A DNA stretch of 29,001 bases from the IMG/VR virus record IMGVR_UViG_3300032299_000826, positions 1 through 29,001 of that record; one strand, written 5' to 3'. Below the pieces are notes generated by a model. It was not told where the DNA came from. It did not search any database and saw nothing but the letters and a program-made list of their open reading frames with translations. Source of the DNA: a virus. Its lineage: Duplodnaviria; Caudoviricetes. The number at the start of each line of letters is the position of its first letter. Within the stretch, counting starts at the first letter, position 1. Position numbers and translations under genes: made by a program. Below, piece after piece: positions 17,909 through 25,609 of the stretch.

Positions 17909-19759
17909 TTAAATCTTATTTGGAACTGCACCGTAATTTGTATTCATTTGAGATTCAGAAATGATTCTTGTAAGTTCTTTTCTAAAACCATCATTTTTAA
18001 ATATTTCACCAATTTGTGAGTCAGTTAAAGATTGTGTTGTTCCATTCGGTGTTGTTACTTTAATATCTATAGTACCTTTATGTTCCAAAGGATTAAACTC
18101 AATCTTTTGATTAGTTTGTGTAATATTACCAGTTTCAATTGCTGTTTTTTTAGTAACATCAGTTCCTGATAAAAATGATTTTGCCTTATCAGCTAAAGTA
18201 GTTAATCCTGTTACAGCAGCACCCGCAGCTTCGGCAATTTTATTTCCTGATGTAATATATGGTTTAGACGCTTCAGTATCAAAATTACTAAAGGCCTTTG
18301 TAATATTCTTTAATCCCTCCCCCATATCCATTCCCGCAGTTTTAAACACATTTGCAACTTCTTCTAAACCACCTTTTCCTGAAATTAAATCTGTTAAACC
18401 TTTACCTGTTTTTTCATAAAGTTGGTCAATACCCTCAATACCACCACGTGTATTACCAACAGCTCTTTGTGCTGTTGATTGTCCTGATGCTAAAGTACCC
18501 CTTAATAATTCTCTTAAATCCTGTGGAGCTCTTGACCCAGCAACAGGTGCTGCAAGTCCATCTCTAATCTGTCCTAATACAGCATTTGAATATTCTGTTT
18601 CGGTAAGTTGACTCTTAGCCAAATCTTCTAATGTTACAGGTTTTTGTGATTCTTTTAATTCATCAATATCTTTACTATTAATTTCAGTAACAAGTTTTTC
18701 ATCTCTACCAATTTTAACAGTAAATCCACCTTTTTGTTTGTTGTATTGAGCGACATTGGCAACAAATTGTTTTGTTTCTTCATCAACACCGGCAATTTTT
18801 AAATCTTTAGATATCAAATTTAATTTTTGAGTACCTTCAGACATTTTAATCAAATCATTGTAGGCGATACCTGTGGCTTTTTCAATTTCTCTCAAATCAC
18901 GTTTAGCATTTGGGAAAACTTTAAACTCTTTTGTCTTCTCATCAAAATATGTAAACTTTTGAGTCATTTTTACAACTTGATTCTGAAGTTCTTCAGTATC
19001 TTCAGACGCCAAATACATTAATCTAAATGGGTCGGCTAGGTCACCAGCGGCAACACCCATTCTTTGAAACGCCGCTACGGTATCAATCGCACCTTCGGGG
19101 TCAAATACTTTTTCAGCAAAATCAAATATTGAATTCATATTAATACGTAATCCCGCCGCTTGAGCTGACATCTTAGCCAATCCCGCAACACCATTTTCAA
19201 AACCATATTTATTAATTGAGTCTAAGTTATTACTAACCAACTTAAACACCGCACCCGTATTAACGCCAACTTGTCGTGCTAAATTAACGGTTGTTTGAAT
19301 ATTATCTTTAATGTTTCCAGTTTGAATTCCAACATCTTGGAATGCGGCAACCATTTCACCAACACCATCCGAAGATACTCCAACTGCTTTTCCCGCAGCG
19401 TATAAATCAGTTACGGTCTCACCTAATGTAATAACATTAGTTTTAAGAGATTCTGCAATACCTTTTTGAATCTCAGCAACATCCTCAAAAGCACCACCCA
19501 ATCCAACAACACCAGGTGTAGCAACAGCGAGTTCTTCTCTTAACCCTTTAATCGCCGATTGGGTTTGCCCAAATGTACCCGCTATTTTAGCTGTAAATGT
19601 CGCGTATTGACTATCTAATTCATCAGTTCTTTTTGACCAAGTTGTATAAACCTCATCAACGATGGTACCTAGTTTTTTAACAATATCCCCAACAGAATTA
19701 ATACCTGAAGTATTTGGTGGATTTGGTGGATTTGGTGGATTCGGTGGAACTGCTTGCAT
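17909..19759 (-). CDS. Tape measure protein (gp29-like)
   Basis: 616 aa, Ala/Gly/Lys-rich, helical character. Canonical position after tube and chaperone and before baseplate genes. Confidence 0.75.
   Translation of the reverse strand: MQAVPPNPPNPPNPPNTSGINSVGDIVKKLGTIVDEVYTTWSKRTDELDSQYATFTAKIAGTFGQTQSAIKGLREELAVATPGVVGLGGAFEDVAEIQKGIAESLKTNVITLGETVTDLYAAGKAVGVSSDGVGEMVAAFQDVGIQTGNIKDNIQTTVNLARQVGVNTGAVFKLVSNNLDSINKYGFENGVAGLAKMSAQAAGLRINMNSIFDFAEKVFDPEGAIDTVAAFQRMGVAAGDLADPFRLMYLASEDTEELQNQVVKMTQKFTYFDEKTKEFKVFPNAKRDLREIEKATGIAYNDLIKMSEGTQKLNLISKDLKIAGVDEETKQFVANVAQYNKQKGGFTVKIGRDEKLVTEINSKDIDELKESQKPVTLEDLAKSQLTETEYSNAVLGQIRDGLAAPVAGSRAPQDLRELLRGTLASGQSTAQRAVGNTRGGIEGIDQLYEKTGKGLTDLISGKGGLEEVANVFKTAGMDMGEGLKNITKAFSNFDTEASKPYITSGNKIAEAAGAAVTGLTTLADKAKSFLSGTDVTKKTAIETGNITQTNQKIEFNPLEHKGTIDIKVTTPNGTTQSLTDSQIGEIFKNDGFRKELTRIISESQMNTNYGAVPNKI
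19712..19747 (-). repeat. 9-bp tandem repeat x4 encoding (PPN)4
   Basis: ATTTGGTGG x3 plus ATTCGGTGG on + strand. Confidence 0.9.
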
Positions 19760-19765
19760 ATGTTA

Positions 19766-19772
19766 ATAAATA
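19766..19772 (-). promoter_or_regulatory. TATTTAT upstream motif
   Basis: ATAAATA on + strand, 6 nt upstream of the tape measure ATG. Confidence 0.5.
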
Positions 19773-19778
19773 GAATAA

Positions 19779-19934
19779 TTAGGTATTTTTTATTCCCTCA
19801 ATTATTTTATCTATCAAATACCTACGAGCATATGTAGGCATTCTCATAAAATCAGTCCAAGATGTGTGTAAATTTTTTGATAAAACGAAATATTCGTCTA
19901 ACTGATAGGAGGCGTAATCAGAAGAAAACGCGAA
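19779..19934 (-). CDS. Hidden gp51-like coding frame, probably a frameshift extension of the upstream chaperone
   Basis: The +1 frame relative to 19918..20667 reads F-AFSSDYASYQLDEYFVLSKNLHTSWTDFMRMPTYARRYLIDKIIEGIKNT*. It fills the whole gap to the tape measure gene, and the helix + MP-x-x-x-R motif resembles T4 gp51-type proteins. The first ATG lies about 30 codons in. Confidence 0.7.
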   Translation of the reverse strand, partial: FAFSSDYASYQLDEYFVLSKNLHTSWTDFMRMPTYARRYLIDKIIEGIKNT

Positions 19935-20667
19935 AAAACTCAACCCCAAAGGCGATTTCTACATCTACCTTGTTTCCTGACGGGGCTAAAATTGTTCTTC
20001 TTAAATCCAATCGTGGTTCATTCTCATCAATAAAATTTCTGATGAATTTTGAATCCATTATGGGTAATCCTTCTACAAATCTATTAATAGTACCTTGCTC
20101 ACTATCACCTTCAACACTAATAATTTGTTTTTGAAGCTTCCAAGTTACTTTTGGTGCCACTCTTCCTGCAGGATATTGGTCAGCCAATCTGTTAATCTCA
20201 CCAATTTCTTTAAAAGTTAAAGGTCTTACCTTAACAGTTGCGTTTGATTTCGGTAATTTGATTGTAAAACTACCATCTTCATTTGGTTCTTGTGATGGTT
20301 TTCTAAAATCCAACTCATCCAACAAAATTTCAGTTGAAAATCTTTTTCCTGTCTCAGGGTCATTACTTGAAATTTTATACTCGGGACCAAATGATGTATT
20401 TCTTAAAAATATCAAAATGGCTTCAATATCACCATTTAACATCTCATCAGGTTTCAAATCTGGTTCATATAACTTAGAACGTACCAATGTCATAACCAAA
20501 TCATCGGGGTTAACCGACATAATTACATTCTCATCAGCGGCCGTTAAATAACCCACCTTGACAGATTTTTTCTTTGATTTATAAAACTTACCTTCTGAAG
20601 GTAGTTTTACCACATCGTGTGGTAAGTTAAAGTCTTGTTGACCATATTTTGATATATTTTCGTCCAT
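19918..20667 (-). CDS. gp26-like baseplate hub / tail assembly chaperone
   Basis: Duplicated LPS/LPKS...V...LT motif, D...IL..LR..SFG, C-terminal F-G-x-E-F-F. Located between tube and tape measure genes. Confidence 0.75.
   Translation of the reverse strand: MDENISKYGQQDFNLPHDVVKLPSEGKFYKSKKKSVKVGYLTAADENVIMSVNPDDLVMTLVRSKLYEPDLKPDEMLNGDIEAILIFLRNTSFGPEYKISSNDPETGKRFSTEILLDELDFRKPSQEPNEDGSFTIKLPKSNATVKVRPLTFKEIGEINRLADQYPAGRVAPKVTWKLQKQIISVEGDSEQGTINRFVEGLPIMDSKFIRNFIDENEPRLDLRRTILAPSGNKVDVEIAFGVEFFRVFF
19930..19941 (-). other. Candidate programmed ribosomal frameshift site GAG-UUU-UUU-CGC
   Basis: T6 run at 19938-19933 followed by CGC. tRNA-Phe can re-pair UUU to UUC in the +1 frame, a few codons before the frame-0 TGA. 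Confidence 0.55.
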
Positions 20668-20697
20668 AAAAAAAACACAGGGATTAGACCCTGTGTT
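20668..20697 (-). terminator. Rho-independent terminator after tube gene, abutting the next ATG
   Basis: Minus strand AACACAGGG-TCTAAT-CCCTGTG followed by T8 and then immediately ATG (20667). Confidence 0.8.
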
Positions 20698-20745
20698 AAA
20701 TATATCTCAATAAATTAATTTATCAATATAAAATAAAATACAAAA

Positions 20746-21234
20746 TTAGTAAACCAAAATACAACGGTCCATTTGCATGGTAACGTCCAATCCTGCTAAT
20801 TTGTCATCACTGTATGATACGTTATCCCAAGCGGATTTTGTAATCATACATCCCTCAAGTATCCATTTTTCCACAACAACACCTGTTGGGTCTAACATCT
20901 CAAGGTCAACATTCTTTTTATAACCCGCAGCATATCCCATACGACCTGTAACTGATTCAGCATGTAAACGAACCCACTCCATAAGAGCTTGTGTTGCTGA
21001 TGGACCAATCGGGTCACGGAATTTAACTGAGATTGGATTCCATTTGAACCTACCTGCAACATATGTAGAAGTGTTCAAAAATTGTATCTCAACAGGGTTA
21101 ATATCAATACTTGGTCTTCCTGATGATTCAACGAACCACTCATTAATACCTAAACTTGTGTCAAACCTAAGTATAAATCGGTTCGCTCTTTTTGGTTCGT
21201 AAGGAACCGGCATTTTCATTAATAAATCAGCCAT
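20746..21234 (-). CDS. Tail tube protein (gp19-like)
   Basis: YEPKRANRF, YVAGRFKWNPISVKFRDP, YKKNVDLEMLDPTG..VEKW.LEG motifs. 162 aa. Confidence 0.9.
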   Translation of the reverse strand: MADLLMKMPVPYEPKRANRFILRFDTSLGINEWFVESSGRPSIDINPVEIQFLNTSTYVAGRFKWNPISVKFRDPIGPSATQALMEWVRLHAESVTGRMGYAAGYKKNVDLEMLDPTGVVVEKWILEGCMITKSAWDNVSYSDDKLAGLDVTMQMDRCILVY

Positions 21235-21266
21235 GCTATATTGTTTTTAGTTTTTTTGTTTTAGTT

Positions 21267-21282
21267 TATTTATCTATAAATA
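21267..21282. promoter_or_regulatory. Palindromic TATTTAT-N2-ATAAATA element upstream of tube gene
   Basis: TATTTATCTATAAATA, matching 25359-25374 at 15 of 16 positions. Confidence 0.6.
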
Positions 21283-21336
21283 CATGTTGTTTTAAAATTT
21301 TTGTATTTACTTTAATTTTTTAAAAATTATACTCGT

Positions 21337-22173
21337 TTAGTATCTAGTTTTAGTTCCTCCAGCAGTAGAATAAGTTTTTAGAACTGGTTCATCTTTAAAA
21401 CTCTTCTTCATTACTTCTACATTCTTTAAGTCATCATCTGAAAAACCAATACTAGGAATAAAATTATTATTTACATCATCTTTAACATATAATTTTTTAC
21501 CCAGTTCTTTTGCCTGTCCTTTTACATATGAAATAAATTCTTTCATTGCTTGAACTTTTAATTCCTCGGGGTTGGCGGCTCCTACTTCTGTACCAAAACT
21601 AACGGGATAATATTTGTTCATATCCATATAGTCTCTTATTAATTCCATATCTGATTTGTCTTCCATACCCGAAAAGTCACGGAATTTTCTAAGATTCTTA
21701 ATTAATAAATTTTTATTAATACCCATATGGTCAGAAATAATAAGATTATAAATTGCATCTTTAATTGTCTCGGGGTTGTGTCCACGTGCTGTGATTATTG
21801 AAAAAATTGACCCGTTGTTGATTGCTTCCACAAAATCGGACCAAGCGGGACCTGGTTTACCTTTCATAGCGTCAATTTTAAATTGTTTATCACCACCCGT
21901 TCTAAAATTACGAAAAGGTTCGTCAGAATACCCAACTATTTTACTACCTTTATAATCAAACGGTTTTACACCAATTTCACTTCTATATTCGGCAAAATCT
22001 TCTGTAGACATACCAACCTCATTATTATTTTCATCTTTAAGAATAATTTTTGTCGGCATCATCATAATATTATCATCCCAATCAAAGGCATAATATTTCA
22101 TGTCAGGCGTACCAACATCATCAAAACCTTCACGTAATGATGATGTTGGATTTAGTATTTTTTTTCTAATCAT
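21337..22173 (-). CDS. HAD-superfamily phosphatase-like protein
   Basis: Motif I YAFDWDDNI, motif II IITARGH, motif IV IGFSDDDLKNV. Confidence 0.75.
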   Translation of the reverse strand: MIRKKILNPTSSLREGFDDVGTPDMKYYAFDWDDNIMMMPTKIILKDENNNEVGMSTEDFAEYRSEIGVKPFDYKGSKIVGYSDEPFRNFRTGGDKQFKIDAMKGKPGPAWSDFVEAINNGSIFSIITARGHNPETIKDAIYNLIISDHMGINKNLLIKNLRKFRDFSGMEDKSDMELIRDYMDMNKYYPVSFGTEVGAANPEELKVQAMKEFISYVKGQAKELGKKLYVKDDVNNNFIPSIGFSDDDLKNVEVMKKSFKDEPVLKTYSTAGGTKTRY

Positions 22174-22180
22174 TTAAAGA

Positions 22181-25100
22181 TTAAATATTTTCAAATGATG
22201 CTCCTGTTGGAGTTATCAAGAATTCAATGTCAATGAATTCCAACGCTTTAGTTGGTTTTAAGTAAATTTTACCTGTCATAGTATTTCTATCTAAATCTTC
22301 AGGTGAATTACTTACCGTAACACGGAAATCATATAAACCTCTGTCTCTTCTGATTGCATCCAAGATAGGGTTAACCGAATCCAAGAAATCTTGTCTTACT
22401 TTAGCATCGTTTTGTTCAAACAATAATCTTACTGCCACCGCTGATATTAACTTACGAGCTTGTAATAACAATCTCCTTACGTTAATTCTGTTAAGTGCTG
22501 TGTCAGCAATTTGTAATGTTTTATTACCCCAAATTACAGTTCCAACATCGGAGAATGTTGCAATAGGATTAATTCTACCTTGATACAAAGTATCTCTATC
22601 TTCTTGTGTAAGTTTCTTACGAGCTTTAATAGCGTTCACCAAACCTCTTGTGTAACCCGCAGTTGCGAACCAAGGGAATGATACGTTATCAGTTAAAGCT
22701 AAGTTTCTACAAACTTCATTTGTTGGTGGTATGTAGATTTGTGTATTGTTAACAGTATCTCTAACCAAAATCCAAGGGTAGTAAGTTGCTGTATAGTTAG
22801 AATCTATATTAGTGTTTGCTAAATTATCAACCGCTCCTGTTGGATAAATAAAGTTATCGGTGTTTGTTGGAATAAATAAGTTACAATCAGGTGTAGTACA
22901 AATGTAGATTGAATCTGCTCTATTAAATGTTACCATAGATATTGAATCCTCAACTAAATTTGAGTTATTTACATAATCAATTCCTGGTGTTGCGAATACA
23001 TTTATATTAACCGCTTCAGGATTTGAGAATGTGTTTATACCTAACAAGTATGCATAATAATCAGTGTTTGCAAAATCTGTAAAGTCACCAATAGTGATTG
23101 GTTTAAACGCTCCCCAACCTGATGCGTTTGGATATCTTGTTGTTGCACAAGCTCCTTTTTGATAACCAGTACCACCTAAGATAAACGAGTCACCATTTGT
23201 TCTATATTCACGATAGATATCCCAACCATCAAAACCATTTTGAACCAAGAAAGAGAATTTTCTTGCTTGAATTTGGTAGTAAGGGTTTGCTGAGGTTTCA
23301 GGGTCAGATTGGAACGACGCATCACCACAATCAAATGCTGTTTGTCCTGATTGAGGACCATAAGCGATTGTTACAACAGTTGCTCCTGAATCCATATGAA
23401 AACCTTTTGTTATATAACCCCAAGGTTCACCAACATTTGCTTCATCACAATAGTTGTTTGATGCCTGTCTTCCATTATATTCAAAGAACGCTGGGTCATA
23501 TCCAATTTGTGAAGATATTCCCAAATAAGAGGTTCTTACTTTATCACCAGGACTTACCATAGGATTATCAAGACCCGCTGTAGTTCCAAATGGTGGATTG
23601 TATATTACCTCACCAGGGAAGTTGTATTGTGTTTTATAAATTGGGAATGGAGGTGTTGCAGAACCATATTGTCTAGTAATATAACCTTCAAATCCACAAG
23701 GAACAGATTCTATGTTAGCATCAGGATTAATTTCTAACATAATATATTTTGAATTTAATGCGTATTCACCATCACTTGTACCAATCTTAACAGCCACATA
23801 ACTATTTGAACCTGGGTCCATAGTACAGTTTGTGTATTTTTCTAAAATTACTGGGTTTGTGTCAGTATCATAAAAACTACGAACCGCTAAATCAAAACTT
23901 AAATTAGCGAATGAAATATTAGATATTGATATTTTAATTTGTGTGTTTGCACTATCACCATCAGCCACCGAATAAATTTTAAATAACTTATCAACTGTAC
24001 TACCGAATAATTGAGAAACAGCCCAAGGTGATTCAGGTGATTGATATCTTTGAAGATAGTTTGCAATAGTACCTGTTGAATTAGCGTATCTAACACCAGG
24101 AAGTGCAACCAATTGAGAGTTAAGACCTCTTATGTATCCTTTATTGTAAGCGTAATTTAACAAGTTAGGAAAAGTTTCTTCAACAAATAATGGAACCTCA
24201 ACTCTAGATTTACCAAAGTTAGATAAACCAAATACCTTAGTAATATAATTTGCTGATGTTGTACTCAAAGATGATGCGAATGAGAACGCATCTCCCGCAG
24301 TAGTTAACCCTGAAATTGCAAATTCTGTAAATGGATTCTGCGATATTGATGAATAACTTCCTGAATTATCAATAATAACACTAGTTAAACCTGATACTGT
24401 ATAAACAGGACCATTACTTCCAACACCATATGTTGAAATACCTCTTGAGCGTAAAGTAGCAGCAATTAAGTTATTATAATCTGTGTAAGCGGTACCTGTA
24501 TAGTTATAAACAGTTCCAGAAACAGTACCCGAATAAACACCACCACCCAAACTAGTCATACTTGATATTACATTATAGAATGAATATCCTGTATAAGCAT
24601 TTCCTGAAGAAATGTCAAAGTTTGCGTAATACCAAGTATCATTAATACTTGAAGTAAAATCAGCATTTGATGTTGTTACACCCGAAACACCATAAACGTT
24701 AGTTGATGCAGTATATGCTGACAAACTTGGTGATGCTCCTGATGGAATAGTACCAAAATAACCTATTGTAAAACCTGAACCAACACCAGCAGCGTTGATT
24801 ATTGGTGATATTAGTGAATCCAAATCATCTTGTATTGTTGAAATACTACCATCAAATTGTGTGTATTGTGTATCAAGATTAATAGTTGCTGGAAATGAAC
24901 CAAACGTCACACTTGTTGAACCTGTGGAACCTGTAAATCCAACATTATATGTTGATGAAGTTCCATTTAATCCAACTGTTGTTGAGTTAACATTGGCGAT
25001 TGTTGTTATTGACCATGACGGTCCCGCATCATACCCTGACAATCCCAATACTCTTGTTACGAATAATTGGTTAGACTGTTGAAGGTAGGATTTGGCGATG

Positions 25101-25336
25101 TACGCCAATTCATATTTAGGAATTTGTGTGTTTACAAATTTTTCTGGGACTGTACCCCCGAAATAAGACTCAAAGTCTGAGTAGTTTGTGATGAAAATGG
25201 GTTCAAAAGCTGGACCCATTAATGTCTCACCAACAAGACCAAGTGTGGTTACCCCAACACTTTGTGCTACAAAACTAAGGTCTCTTTCAGATGTGTATAC
25301 ACCGGGAGAAACGAAAACTTTATTTGATACTGCCAT
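22181..25336 (-). CDS. Tail sheath protein (gp18-like), enlarged
   Basis: SPGVYTSERDLS N-terminus, PWFATAGYTRG, RINPIATF...WGNKTLQ...LNRINVRRLL, LFEQND, PTKALEFIDIEF C-terminus. Confidence 0.95.
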   Translation of the reverse strand: MAVSNKVFVSPGVYTSERDLSFVAQSVGVTTLGLVGETLMGPAFEPIFITNYSDFESYFGGTVPEKFVNTQIPKYELAYIAKSYLQQSNQLFVTRVLGLSGYDAGPSWSITTIANVNSTTVGLNGTSSTYNVGFTGSTGSTSVTFGSFPATINLDTQYTQFDGSISTIQDDLDSLISPIINAAGVGSGFTIGYFGTIPSGASPSLSAYTASTNVYGVSGVTTSNADFTSSINDTWYYANFDISSGNAYTGYSFYNVISSMTSLGGGVYSGTVSGTVYNYTGTAYTDYNNLIAATLRSRGISTYGVGSNGPVYTVSGLTSVIIDNSGSYSSISQNPFTEFAISGLTTAGDAFSFASSLSTTSANYITKVFGLSNFGKSRVEVPLFVEETFPNLLNYAYNKGYIRGLNSQLVALPGVRYANSTGTIANYLQRYQSPESPWAVSQLFGSTVDKLFKIYSVADGDSANTQIKISISNISFANLSFDLAVRSFYDTDTNPVILEKYTNCTMDPGSNSYVAVKIGTSDGEYALNSKYIMLEINPDANIESVPCGFEGYITRQYGSATPPFPIYKTQYNFPGEVIYNPPFGTTAGLDNPMVSPGDKVRTSYLGISSQIGYDPAFFEYNGRQASNNYCDEANVGEPWGYITKGFHMDSGATVVTIAYGPQSGQTAFDCGDASFQSDPETSANPYYQIQARKFSFLVQNGFDGWDIYREYRTNGDSFILGGTGYQKGACATTRYPNASGWGAFKPITIGDFTDFANTDYYAYLLGINTFSNPEAVNINVFATPGIDYVNNSNLVEDSISMVTFNRADSIYICTTPDCNLFIPTNTDNFIYPTGAVDNLANTNIDSNYTATYYPWILVRDTVNNTQIYIPPTNEVCRNLALTDNVSFPWFATAGYTRGLVNAIKARKKLTQEDRDTLYQGRINPIATFSDVGTVIWGNKTLQIADTALNRINVRRLLLQARKLISAVAVRLLFEQNDAKVRQDFLDSVNPILDAIRRDRGLYDFRVTVSNSPEDLDRNTMTGKIYLKPTKALEFIDIEFLITPTGASFENI

Positions 25337-25358
25337 TTTTCTTTATGTTCAATTGTTT

Positions 25359-25374
25359 TATTTATGTATAAATA
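25359..25374. promoter_or_regulatory. Palindromic TATTTAT-N2-ATAAATA element upstream of sheath gene
   Basis: TATTTATGTATAAATA, nearly identical to the tube element. Confidence 0.6.
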
Positions 25375-25410
25375 TTATGAAAACCAAGAAAAACTTTACT
25401 TTACAGTATC

Positions 25411-25441
25411 TATTTATAATATGGGCAGATTATTTTCTGCC
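25411..25441 (+). promoter_or_regulatory. TATTTATA motif plus GGCAGA-N6-TCTGCC inverted repeat upstream of small regulator
   Basis: TATTTATA at 25411-25418 is on the + strand, following the orientation of the + strand gene. IR arms at 25424-25429 and 25436-25441. Confidence 0.55.
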
Positions 25442-25453
25442 TTTATTCTACCT

Positions 25454-25609
25454 ATGGAAAAGAAAATAAAGAATTTAAAGATATCAGTAGAAGCACACGA
25501 TGTTTTGAAAAAATACTGTGATAAACACGGTATTAAAATGTATAAGTTTTTGGAAAATTTGATTAAAGAAAAGTGTCAAGTTAAAAAAGACATTTACGGT
25601 GAATCATAA
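25454..25609 (+). CDS. Small ribbon-helix-helix-like DNA-binding protein (51 aa; start re-called from 25364)
   Basis: MEKKIKNLKISVEAHDVLKKYCDKHGIKMYKFLENLIKE fits the beta-strand / helix / G-turn / helix RHH pattern. The upstream in-frame extension overlaps regulatory motifs. Confidence 0.7.
   Translation: MEKKIKNLKISVEAHDVLKKYCDKHGIKMYKFLENLIKEKCQVKKDIYGES

Noticed and set aside
19821-19838. Small hairpin CCTAC-N8-GTAGG in the hidden extension frame as a frameshift stimulator
   Set aside because: It has only 5 bp and lies about 90 nt downstream of the slip site, too weak and too distant.
21283-21336. A/T-only imperfect palindromes between the HAD and tube genes
   Set aside because: There is no GC stem, and they are indistinguishable from low-complexity background.
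13198-22880. Intragenic ATAAATA copies (e.g. about 13199, 22844, 22872)
   Set aside because: They lie inside coding sequence and far from starts. Chance occurrences are expected at this AT content.
25364-25453. N-terminal 30-codon extension of the + strand 81-aa ORF
   Set aside because: It overlaps promoter-like motifs and the inverted repeat, and the RHH-like pattern starts at ATG 25454.
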